DNA from: Rhodosorus marinus CCMP1338
Lineage: Eukaryota > Plantae > Rhodophyta
Assembly (NCBI GenBank): GCA_029953675.1
Contig: JAMWBK010000002.1
Coordinates: 3,162,001 to 3,226,000 of the forward strand
Length of the DNA: 64,000 nt
Reading direction: 5' to 3'
The position numbers and the translations under genes are program-made. Positions within the stretch are counted from its first letter, which is position 1. Every line of letters begins with the position of its first letter. The notes under the pieces were generated by a model. That model searched no databases, was not told where the DNA came from, and saw only the letters and a list, made by a program, of their open reading frames with translations. Shown in pieces: positions 51,149 through 63,100 of this stretch.

Positions 51149-52532
51149 ATGGACCCCGGGCAATATAATCAGGGCTACTTCCCGTTCATAGAGTATGACT
51201 ATTTTCGTAAGTTGGATCCATTCAGCGCTGGAGTAGCTTGCTTGGTCAGGACCTCTGGTTTTAAGATAAATCTCTTTGATTTTTGCAGAGGGAAGAGCAC
51301 AATGCACTGTTTGTGGTAGACTGCTTGTTTTTGTTCCTGGAAGCGCACTGGTCCAGTGCTCACACTGCTCCTCAGTGCTGAGTTTACGAGTCTTCGGTAG
51401 GCAGGGCAGTGGGATCTGAAAAGCTCGGGGCCATAGGTTTGCTGGTTTGCTGAGACGCTGATCCCTTTGTTGTGAAAATGTAGGAGCGAGAGGCCAAGTT
51501 TTATGCTCCGGTTGCCAGCAGATGATCCTTTTTCCTCTGGGATGCGTAGCAATCCAATGCTCATTCTGTGAGACTCGTATTGAATTGCCACGTCAGCGGT
51601 ACTACAGTTGCGAGTAAGTTCAAACACCTCTGCATCCCCTACCAGTCCATCTGGACGTGCTTTTGTTACTACTCGTAGGCGGTTTATTTGCCCCCGCAGA
51701 GCGAGGAGTTTGTCACAAATTTCTGCACGGTCGATAACAATTCGAAGCTGGAGGAGGGGGGTGACAGTGACACAGTGTCAACTAGTTGTCGTTTAGTTGT
51801 AGAGTTAATAGCCTGCGCAGTGTACGTCTGGGGACTCATGCCGGTAGAGGGTCGAGATGGATCCGGGGGTGCTGGGTTAAGGTTTCACGGAAGGGTTTAT
51901 ATGTTTTTCTTTGATTGCGTTGGGAAGTGATATTCTGTTTTTTTTGGTTGGTTGTTGTTGTTGGATGATCCGGGGGATTGACTTATTACCTTTTCTTGTT
52001 TAGGGGTTGTGGATTATATCTTACATATTCAAATGGACCTGCGACGAGGGTGATGTGCATTGTTTGTAACACTTTGAGAGATGCCCGAGAGGATGATACA
52101 GAGGAGCGGGCATGGAAGGAGACCGGAAAAGGCCTGCCTCCGTCTGAAGCGGGACCCAGTGGAGCCGGAGTGCGACGAGAGGCAATCGCTGCTGTGGAGA
52201 CTTCAGAAGAGGATGTTGATGAGGAGAATAGAGCGGGCGATGCCGAGGTTGCGGCAGCTCATGGCGAAGGGCGACGACCAGGGCCCTCAGAAGATGCTGA
52301 CCGGACGTCAGAACAATTGGAATTGGCAGAGGCACCCGCGGAAGCCTCTCCTGAGAAGGAGCAGGAGGATCCCCGCACCGCGGCCGTCGAGGAGTCAACA
52401 GGGGATTCGAGTCCTTTGAGCGCTGATGATAGTGGACAAGCTCCTGCCCAATCCGGTACTGAGGAGATAGAACAATCCTTGGAACAGACATATATAGAGG
52501 ACCAGGGCTCGCAGGATGAAGATAAGCCATGA
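51149..52532 (+). CDS. LSD1-type zinc-finger protein with three CxxC-x13/14-CxxC fingers and a long acidic tail
   Basis: Exons 51149-51206, 51289-51396, 51484-51613, 52004-52532 join in phase: MDPGQYNQGYFPFIEYDYFQGRAQ-CTVCGRLLVFVPGSALVQCSHC-SSVLSLRVFGARGQVL-CSGCQQMILFPLGCVAIQCSFC-ETRIELPRQRYYS-CEGCGLYLTYSNGPATRVMCIVC-NTLRDA followed by a Glu/Asp/Ala-rich tail. Confidence 0.85.
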
Positions 52533-52994
52533 AGGAGTTGATTGGGCACTACTGCCTGATGCTTTCCTCCGGTCTGGGTTCACAGAAAGAAGCGGATCGG
52601 TTGTGGTTCAAAAGCAAACGTCAATGCGCCAACGCTCCTTGAAGCAGCAAAGGGCAGATAGTCTGTACTTAACTGGGCTATGTCCTTGTGCTTTACAAGG
52701 CAGCGCGCTGGTCGAGAACCGAGTGGAAAGGTAGTCGACGCAGTGCTTCACATTTTGCGGATAAAAGTTTTGGTATCCGTCCGCTGTGAGGGTGAAAAGA
52801 TCGAGGCTTTTTGAGATGATCGAACACCCTACTAACTTAGGCCATGAGCTTCTAACCTACCTTTTTGAATGTAAACAACACTGAGCATTCGTAAGAATAT
52901 TCATTTCCATTAAATACGACTAGGTTGTAAAGTTATCAATGCAAGTCTTCAGCTCGCCGAAACAGAATGTACAATATAGATTGCATCAAAAAGT

Positions 52995-53034
52995 CACAAA
53001 GCATGCGACGCACAAAGCATGCGACGCACAAAGC
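52995..53034. repeat. 16-bp tandem repeat, 2.5 copies
   Basis: CACAAAGCATGCGACG CACAAAGCATGCGACG CACAAAGC. Confidence 0.92.
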
Positions 53035-54297
53035 GCATACGAACATTTTGACCACAGTGTGCACCGTGTGCATCGCATCGCCTTCCACATATAAACCCGA
53101 TGCCGTCTAAAGTGAACCTGCTCCACCACCGCATGGAATGGAAACCCCGTCCACAAACGCGCACATTTGATGGCTACAGCGAGAACCCTAATCCATAAAG
53201 ATTGATCTTTCCCAATAATGATTGCATTATGCCTAATAATTCCGGAAAACAGGTCATTTTTATTTTAATTTGTTTTAGCTTTTCATTCCCCTTCCACAAC
53301 TCAGAAAATTCCAAGTATTTCAAGAAATATGGAAAAAAAAACCATACACCACGACATTCCGAAAAAGCCGGCAACCAAAAGGTTTTCAAAACTCTATTCC
53401 AGAATGCATACTCGAGACCGCCTCTGCCTTCAAAGAAAGGGGGGGGGTAATGTGCCTTTTCTCTCTCGCTCATACCGGTAGGAAAAATCTATGTGACTAG
53501 GACTTCGGCGGGGGGTTGGCCATGTTTTTGTTTTCGACCGTTGTCCTTTACTAAGGAAAATATTTCAGTTTACTACTGCTCCTAAGGGTTTTTTTCTGAG
53601 AACAAATCAGGGACATCTGTTGACTAACTTTCGTTTATGAGGAAGGGGGATGTTTGACTACAGAAAAAATGAATTGAAAATCTGAAAGGAGGCCGGGGGG
53701 GAAGGAGGTTGAAGGCGTTAATCATTATCCAAGCGTCCGACCAGTTTTCATCAAACCGTGAAAAAGATCCAAAATTTACAAATAAAGTGGAAATCTACCT
53801 CAGAAACTAGAAAACAGGAGGTAGGAAAGTAGTGAGATCCAGTGTCTAGTTTTCTTCAAGTTTATATGAATCCATGGTTTTGATGTGAGCTCTGAATATT
53901 CTTGCATTTTTCTTAATTTTTATCTACATAAAAATATTGAAAATATTTGAAGGACAACAGCCGTCCGACAGGTGACAGAAATCGTGATTTTCAAGAGGTT
54001 TTCTCTCGTTTGGGTTGAAGATGGAAGACGTGAAATGGGATTGTGGCGCTTTTAGCTTTTTTGGACGGTTTCGGGAGGGAAGAAGTCTGTTTATATGGGA
54101 TGACGATGACGACGTGAGATCGGGTCGAGGCTAGAGGGTAGGGAAGGGGGTGGGAAACTTGAGCGTGTCAGTGAAGAAGTTTAGGGGAAGTATAATATAT
54201 AGGTTCTTTTCCTTTTTGGGGGGAGGAGGGAGGTTTGGTTTGGTGTTGTTTGAGGCGATTGTGTTTAATATTTTGTGCTCCGGGGAGTGGGTTGAAA

Positions 54298-55839
54298 ATG
54301 GCTGCTTTCGTTCCGTCTGGAGTGGGTTTGGGAGGAAGGGCGAGGTCTAGTTTCGTGGACTCGAGGGTAAGATTGGGCAATGGGAAGGAACGGATAGGTA
54401 CGAGGGTTAATATGGGACTGGAGTCGGCAGATTTTTCGGCGATGGGAGATCATATTGTCAGATTTCACGATTCGCTGGTGGCATCAACAATTCTGTACGT
54501 TTTTTTTCATGGGTTTGTGACTTTGCAGTGTTCGAATTGGCGCCGATCGTTGGCTGACGCGAACAAAGTTCCTTCGTCCTGCGTGTTTTTGTTTCTTATC
54601 CTGCAGACTCGCCGACGCCGCTGCTCCTGCGGTTGAAGCTGTTGCAGGTGAAGAAAAACGTGGTCTATGGGGAAGTTTTGTAAAATTGATTGAGTCCTCT
54701 ATAGTCGGTATTCATAATGGTCTTTCAGGTAAGGCACTTTCCTTCGTTGAGTCTCTGATTGCCCCAAGTGGAAAGAGTATCATAAGTGGCTCGGGAGGGA
54801 CCCGTCCCTTTCAACCTTTGAAAGGCCAGGTTTGGTATCAAGCTTTTAGACTCTGACGCATATTGCCGTGCCTTGTAGGAGTTGGTGTTCCCTATGCATA
54901 TGGATTCTCCATTATTCTGTTTACTATTGGTATTAAGGTGCTCACCCTCCCGTTGAACTCCAAACAAATGGAATCAACGATGAGGATGCAGGATATGCAG
55001 CCGATGGTGAAAGAGATCCAGGCCCAGTACAAGGACAACCCTCAGGTGATGAACGAGAGGCTTGCAAATCTCTACAAGGAAGAGAACGTGAATCCACTGG
55101 CCGGTTGCCTTCCCGTACTCGCACAGACTCCCATCTGGATCGCTCTCTATCGCGCCCTGCTCAACATGTCTAACGAAGATCTTTTGATCGTACGATTTGC
55201 CTTATAGCGTGCCGCTGTACTCTTATATATCTAAGTCTTACCAGCGTCTTTTCCCTTTTTGGCTTTGTCCAACAGGAACCTTTCTTCTGGGTACCGAGTC
55301 TTCAGGGCCCAGTGGCCTCTGGGGGGAATGTTGGGGACTGGTTGTTCCCTTTCAAGGATGGAGCTCCACCGGTTGGATGGCATGATGCTATCGCCTATCT
55401 TATCCTGCCGCTTGTGCTAATTGTAACGCAGTCGTACTCAACGAAGGTCCTGACTCCGCCATCCACGGACCCGCAAACCGAGCAGACAAACCAGATCCTC
55501 AAGTACGCAATACCAGTTCCTTTCTTGACTCGATAAATATGCTAACCAGGTTATGTCCCCGTTCACGTGCTGTTCAGGTTCCTGCCGCTAATCCTCGGCT
55601 GGGTCTCTCTTAGTGTGCCCGCGGGATTGACTCTTTATTGGGTTGCGAACAACGTCCTGTCGACAGCACAGACCGTAGTTCTTAGAAAGAACTACAATGA
55701 GAAGAAGGCTGCTGCCACGCCATCTGCAAGCGCGGTTGTGGATGTGGAAGCCGAACCTGTACGGGTGCCGAGACCAGATGCTGACGGGTTTTCTTCAAAG
55801 AAATCGCAAAAGAAAAAGTCGAAGAAGAGGAGAAAATAG
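54298..55839 (+). CDS. ALB3: Thylakoid membrane insertase ALB3 (YidC/Oxa1 family)
   Basis: Transit peptide MAAFVPSGVGLGGRARSS; VPYAYGFSIILFTIGIKVLTLPLNSKQMESTMRMQDMQP, LYKEENVNPLAGCLP, PIWIALYRAL, FFWVPSLQGP, GWHDAIAYLILP, VPAGLTLYWVANNVLSTAQT, and a basic C-tail KKSQKKKSKKRRK*. Confidence 0.96.
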
Positions 55840-56127
55840 TTCGACATGATAGATTTACCAGCTGAATCTCGTGGGCTTGCATGACAGTAGCCGTCACAAA
55901 CCTTTGGGAAGTTCTAGTACATACCACTTTTAGCAAGAATCTCCGCACCGTTCGCTGGGGACGGGAAATTTGCCTGATGTATTGAAGAGATATGTATATC
56001 CAGGTTCAGGATGATGCCGGATATGAGCAATGGGAGTGTGGGAACTAAAAGGAAGAAATTGCACGTATTCTACCGCCACAAGCAACGTCGACAAGATCAC
56101 GAATTTCACTTCGTCTGCAGAGATCAG

Positions 56128-56500
56128 CTACTCTACGAACTCAGGATACGACACACCGCACCACAACTTGTTGCAAACCTGACGAGGAAACATTCAGCAA
56201 ACCCTTTGCCCGTATGACGGAGTACAACGTCAGTACCGCTCGATTAAAGTTTGTTCACACAACTCACCGCTAGAATCGGAGGAGTGGAGCAGTCCCCGCG
56301 CGGTCCATGTTGAGAATAATTGTAGCATCCTTTTGGTCGAAAGCACTTCTGGATGGGGGGAAGACATAGACTAGCAGATAGTAACACGTAAGTACGTCGA
56401 CTTCCAAACGCCTATCAGTCCTAGAGACCAAACCCAAGGACCGTACAAGTCCAATCTCCTGTCCCAACTTCACCCTCCAAACTGACTGAGCTAAAGATTG
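56128..56500 (-). CDS. Possible small spliced Cys-rich protein; start unresolved
   Basis: Phase-0 introns 56349-56395 (GTACTT...CCAG) and 56179-56267 (GTGAGT...TACTGAC...TCAG) give ...RRLEVD|KCFRPKGCYNYSQHGPRGDCSTPPILA|VCNKLWCGVSYPEFVE*. Confidence 0.35.
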
Positions 56501-57110
56501 AATACTCCCATAAACTAATAAACTTCTATATCTAAAAATGATTGATAAACCTACAACAAACTTAAAAAACAATATTCACTTCTCATCTATTTTAAAAAAC
56601 TCGTATTCGTTTTTCAAAACTTTTCTAACCATACGCGATATTATTTATCATCTTTCAGTACTGGGAAGAGTTGAATTTAGGTTTAGAACCAAATTATTTT
56701 GGAAATTAGAATTTTAGTCAAGGACTCGGATTGGGTGGGGATTTCTTGGGGTGAGGGCATTGTGAATATTTTCAAAGGAGCATTGAAATGGGGTTTTGAC
56801 GGAAGGGTTGGAAGTATAGATATATATATGGTTTGAAGGGGGTTGCGGTGGCTGGAGGAGAATGGACAAGGAGCATTGAGGGAGAGGTACTGACGTTTTC
56901 TTTCGTTTAGAAAGTGAGGGGAGGGAGGAGGAAGAGTGTTTGCTGTTCCGTTTTGTGTTTTTTGTGGAGGGGGTTGCGTATTATTATTTGTTTCCCGTTG
57001 AATTTGTTCCGGCCTTTGTTGGTTGGAATGGGTTCCTTTTTTTGTTTGCATGGGTAGGGGGGTGGGTGAGATGGTTTGATTGAGGACGGGGTCTGGTTTA
57101 GCTTTGGGAG

Positions 57111-60100
57111 ATGGAACGGGGTGTTCTCCGGAACGTGCGTCGGGCACGGAAAAGAGACGACGGTCACTCTTCCGTGGTTGAAGAGGGTCCAGATCCACTT
57201 GATGCTCGGACGCGGCCAAGGTCTTTGCTTGAAGTGAACTCTTCCGATGAACGGCTTGCCTTCAGAAAAATCGCTAGCGAGGAGGAAGAAGCTAGTGTCG
57301 GAAAGAGAAACGAGGGTGCTCGACAGCCCGGTAGGTTGAGGTTGGGTGGTGGGCGGAAAGAGGAACGGCATAATGATGACTCGAACCGAATAAGTCTCGA
57401 TGAAACCGAGCATCAACCCTCCAAGAGAAAACCCAACAGCTCAGCTTGGAAGCCGTTTGTCCGATCGAAGAGCATTTTGGATGGGGATGCTGAAGATTCC
57501 CGTCGCAGGCTGGTATTTGACAGCCAGCTTGAGCATAGACCGAGCAGGGCTGCACAGGGTTCCGAGCCCAGAGAGAATCCATTGGATAGGTTCTGGCAGC
57601 AAGAGATGTTGGATGCCCATGAATCGAAGGCCTACGAGAACCAGGACGGGACGGACTCATCGGAAGACCGTGATAGCTACCTCGCGGAAGATTCGATGGT
57701 GAAGCAGCAGAGCGCAGTTCGATTGTTTGGTACCTACGCAGATCCTGGAGAGGAAATTGACGACTGGGGCGACGATTTTGACCTCGATGAGCTTGTTCCG
57801 TCAACGGAGGACCTGTCAATGTCTCAAGACGCCGGTTGGTCAACTCATGAAGAAAAAGAGATCGATGAGCCTATCAAGCCATCTGACGTTCCCTCGTGCC
57901 AACGTCTGTTGAAATCTCTGGAGGATCCGTCGTTGTCCGCTGAGCTTGACCGTGGAATGTCGTGGCTGTCTCGGATCATGAGCTCGAGCGAAATTGAACT
58001 TGCACAAAAGAAAAAGTCCCTCCTGTTTGATGAGGATGTTGAGAAAGCGGAGAACGACTTCCAGCAGGTCCTGGAATGGAAAACACAGCTCGCTGTAGTA
58101 GCAAACAATTACTTTGAGCTCGGCGTTAGCCTTTTGAAGAAGTCGCGAGTGTACAGAAGTATGAATCGATTTGCTGACGCGAGTCAAGTATTGGATAGAG
58201 CCGCGGACGCGTTGCAGCGACTTGAGGATAGCCCTTTGTCAGCCACTGATAGCATGCAAAAGGAGCAACTCGAGCTTGAAATACTAGCCGAGGAGGGCGA
58301 ACTGGCACTAGAATTAGGCGCCAACGAGCGAGGAAGGCGTATACTAAGCTCAGCATTGGAGAAAGGAGAGGGAGCGGTTTTCGCAGGTTCCATGGATTGG
58401 TGTTTGATGTCCATGAGGCTCATCCTTGCCAAAGCCAGTTTTAGTGGGAACGACTTGGTTGCAGCTGCTGATGCTTTTGCCACCTATGCTCTGGATTCAA
58501 TGCAGTGGGTTCTCAAATCGTACGCAATGTTTGGAGCTCGAACCGGCGTGAACCCACCGAGCTCGCTCTTCCAATCGATGTTGGACTCTATGCTGGTCTT
58601 GCCAGACTCGACGTGGCAAGCTGGAACCCATGATCTCGTTCCAAACTTTGTCCCAAGCGGCCTGGCTGAGTCCTTTATTTTCTTGACGGACTGCTTCGTA
58701 ACGTTTGGAGAACATAGCAATGCACTGTCGATTGCTAAATTTTCATCCTTCATTGCTCATGAATTCGATCTCGTTGAGCTAGCAACAAAAGCGGCTCGTG
58801 ATTGCGAAGATATCGATGACCTGCTAGCAAGAGATGAAGAGGACGGAGGAATCGATAGCGACATAGAGGAGGATTGGGACAACCTTCTCGAAACAGAATT
58901 GAACGTGAAGATCATAAGGTGCTCTGAGCAACCGTCGGCATTTAAGCCAATATTTGGTGCCAGCGGTGACGAGGATGACAATGGATCGTGGCGGGGAAGC
59001 CGGGATGACCTCTCGACAAGGTTGGTACAGACCGAGGCGAGGAGGTTTATTGAGAATATGTTTGCCGAAGCTGCAAGCTCGAACAAGACCATGCTCCAAC
59101 TCTTTCCCCTCCCCACTAGACCGTACCAAACTGACAAGGGGCGGAATACGCGCGAGTTGGAATCATGGATAAGGAGTTTTGTTCGAAAGCATACTCGAGT
59201 CATGCGCCTCGACATGACCCGCGGGACTAAGCGATCTGCTGATTTTCACTTAGCAGAGATGGAGCCAGAATACGTCAGCTATTCCCCTTTGACCGTTGAG
59301 ATTAGTGATCCAATGAGTTACTTCAGGGCTATCATCCCATATGTGGAGAAATTTAGCGCGGACTGGTCCTTTATTCACATGCACACCTGCTGGAGACTTT
59401 TGCGGTGCGTGCGAAATGTGATGGATGGGCGGCGACTACAGCTTCGACTGCTGCTTCACGAATACTTTTCTGAGCTTGCTTCGTTCTTTAAGAGGATTCC
59501 CATATTCGACGAACAAGAGAGGCAAGAGAGGTTCAGGATATTTTGGTACAACCTGCAAATGTGCGGCATGGCCAGGGAGCTTCTTACACCGGATGGAATT
59601 GAAGCCCGAGGATATCTACAGCTCTTGGATTACACACGCAAAAGTGTGCCTCGCGATCCGAAGGGTAACGACGAGAGCGAGGTTCAGGCAGCGAAGTTGG
59701 CCGTGGACCTGCATGTTGTGGATACGACTGCTCACTACGGACGGTCCGCGATGACTCCGGAAGAATGGGAAAGTGCTCTGCGTAGTGGAAGGTCTGTGAC
59801 TTCAAACACCATTCAAAGCTACATGGCCATCACGAAATCCGCCGGCAAAATATGGCGCAAGTGGAGGAAGTTTGATCGAAAAAAGCCGAGCATGGTGGTC
59901 ATAGAGGAGCTCAGCCCAGAGGTTATGTATGCGCAGACCCTATGCAACCTGTACTTGGTTATTGTCGGTCTCTCCCCTTTGGACCTAACCGAGCTAAGAG
60001 GGGAGAAGCAGAATGGCAACCGACGTCCGGACACCACATCTGAGGTGGAGATTCACGCGCTTCACGAGGAGCTGGAGAAACTCTATCCGAAGCTCCCGGA

Positions 60101-63100
60101 AACCTTTACAAAAGCGAAGCTGGCTTTTTCCTTGGCATACCACGCGGCGAATATAGCTCACGAGCACAGCTTTGCGGAGCGCCTCCTATATGATTCGTTA
60201 ACACTGCTTCAAACGTACAGCACATCCACATCCGGTGCGGTTCGCGAGTCGATTGACATAGGGGTCTTTATGGAGAACGTCTTGCAACGATACGGAGCAG
60301 TTCTGCTGCATAACGAGAAGTACAGATACTCTATAGCTGCGTTTGAGGCAGCTATGGACGCGCGTCTAGTGGGGGAAGCAGAACGGTCGTTATCATTCTC
60401 AAGCGCGGCTGAAGTCGCAAACGTGTCATTGAAGAAGGGCGACTGGCGTCATGCACTTCGGCTGCTGTACCCCCTCAGAGTAAGTATCCCGCCACGAACC
60501 TCGCTTTGGACCAGAGTATGACAATACCAAAGCCGGAGCCGCAACTACGTGACAATCTTACTAGTTGGTTTCAATTTGTCCTCGCAGGGGCACCTCCATC
60601 CCAAAGATGGTAACCGTAACGAGTTCTCAAGGTACTGCTTGACATTGAGCTCTATATGCTTTGATGCAGGCTGTTTCGACGCTGCAACGGAGCCGCTGCG
60701 AGCGTACTCGATGCTGTTGGTGGAGGAGCACTTTCTCAACCTCTCACGACTGAAGTATGACAAGCTTTTTTCTTTTGATAAACTGTTGCTGAGCGCGTTT
60801 GTTTGTTTTTTTCGGGGTGAGTACTCAACGTCTGGGGTCTCTCTCTCGCATGATCGGAATTAGGTTTCTATCAGCAGTGGCGGATCGACATGGCAAAGGC
60901 TCCCTTCCGCAAGCTGGGGTGGATGCCGTTGGTGCTCTCGGGAGTATTTTTGGAGCAGAAGTTCAGCAGGAACTGTCGGACTATCATCATAGACTGAATA
61001 TAGAAAGGAGCCAGCTGGACGTTCTGCACGTGAAGAACCTTCTTGCAAGAGGACACTTTCAAGAAGCAGAGGAGGCTCTGCAGGACTTATTGACGAGAGA
61101 GGTAGGAAGGTCCCATGCGTTTTCAGCAATGGAGGATGTTGACTCCCGACCGTATTAAGACTGGCAGGAGGGCAGTATTCTAAAAACGTTTATTTTTCTT
61201 CTAGATTCCATTCGGAAAGAAAGCCGAGCTCCTACAGCTTCGAGCTGGATTGAAATTCAGAAGGGGAGAGATATCACGATGTCTCGAGTTTCTCCAGCTT
61301 GTTGAGCGTGAGCACCGGTACGTACCTGTGGGGTTCAAGAAGCCCTGAGAGATTCTGAGGGCATCTGACGGACTGGTTTCTCTTGCGATTTCTTAGGGAA
61401 ATGCTCCGATGTCGACAGAGACAAGAGCTCAGCGCTAGTGAGGAAAGGGCGGATGGCAGATCGCCATGTGCGGCCAGCGCAGACCCATGTGCAAAGAATG
61501 TGTTCAACCCGGATGTGGCCTTCCTTCGTATCCGAGCACTTCTTTGCGGGGAGAGGTTTAACGAGGCGCTGGACTATATCGAGAACCTCCTCCCTTTGGC
61601 GAAAGCGTCAAATATGAAGAATCAGGGGAAGCTGCATTATCTTCGGGCGAAGGTAGCGTTTTTTGGGTTGACTCGTCCCGTTCGCTTGTCGTGTTATGCG
61701 ACTAACTGACGTATCAGCCACTCGCTCCAGGTCCTCCACGCTTTGCAGTATTACCAGACTGGTGATAGGGCGAGCGCCACTGCTCTAGCGTTGCAAGAGC
61801 TCGATACAGCTGAAAGCATCTATCGGAGAATTGGTGATGATCTCCTTGTGGCCAAGGTCAACCTTCTGCATTTGAAAGTGGCTCTGGAGTGGATTTTTTG
61901 CGCCATGGAAATAAGACAGTCGTCGTTCACGGGTGCTATGTTGGTGAACGCAAAAAGAACGCTTGACGCCGATGATTTGGAACACCGTCTCATGGCCCTC
62001 CTTGTGTTCTTTAAAAGGGTCAGTCCTCTGTAGAATCCAGCGTGGTTGCGCTCATAATTTCCTCCGTTTTATGTACGTTCATACTGAACCTTTTGGACCT
62101 CTGTGATGTCTACAATGCAGGTCAACACTCCGCTAGAGCTTGCTGACGCTCTCCTCTGCCTTGCAGAGTTTAGACTGCTGGAAACGAAGAAGACTTCATC
62201 CTGGGCTCCGTGGCTGAAACTTTCCTGGGAGCTTATTGCACACTTGCTTCTAGACAAGTTCATGCATTTGGTAACAGAGCGCGTAAGTTGAAACGGTATC
62301 TCCTCGGCGAGACGCTTATTGGGCGTGATGTCCACGGCACTCGGCACCAACTGGAATTCGAACGACCTTCTGAACTAAGCTGTTCGTCTTCAGGTTTGCT
62401 CGGTGTCATACCTTCTCAAGCTGAAGAAGATTTTCGAAAGAATGGTTCGGTTGGTTCTGTTCGATGAGCGTGGAACTGAGACATCCACGCACGTCCGCAT
62501 ATTTGAGGCATACCTAAGAATTGAACGAGACGTGAAAAAGCGTATGAACGTTTCCAAGGCTTATATTGAGAAGAAGAAAAAGAAGAAGAAATCGCAGAAA
62601 AAGCAACTTTTCAGTGACGCTCAGGTATGCTAGAAGCTTCATGTTGTGAAGCGCTGGTTGTGCGCTGCTTGGTAAATGGCGGGGAAACTCAGGATGCTCA
62701 CTTGTTGGTTATTGCTTTAATCTACTTGGTCTATTATGTTTCAGAGCACAAACGTTTTGCAGTCTTTGGGGTACAGCGGCGTTGACGAGCTTGCGAAAGG
62801 CTACAAGCTCGTGTCAGAGTCGGTGGTAGGCACAGGAAACGTGGTAGCCTTGGCACTTCCGTTCAAGCTGCCTCTGCCTCGGTTTTTGCGGGTAAACGGT
62901 GCTCCCGAGGCTACCGACGAAGAGCTCTCATTGGGGATTGGAGCGGTAAAGGTTTTGAACAACCAGAGAACTGCCTTCGGGCGGCTGATGCGGCACATAT
63001 CTGCGAACTTTCATGACGTGATGGAGATCTACGAACCACGGGCTACTGATGCCGACAAGGTTTGCTTTGCTTATAAGTGCTTGCCTATGTTCCTTTCGTC

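Noticed and set aside
56683-57416. Pro/Thr/Lys-rich minus-strand ORFs (178 and 169 aa)
   Set aside because: Products of the G/T-rich 5' flank typical of promoters and 5' UTRs throughout this window (similar ORFs at 19045, 23668 and 54168).
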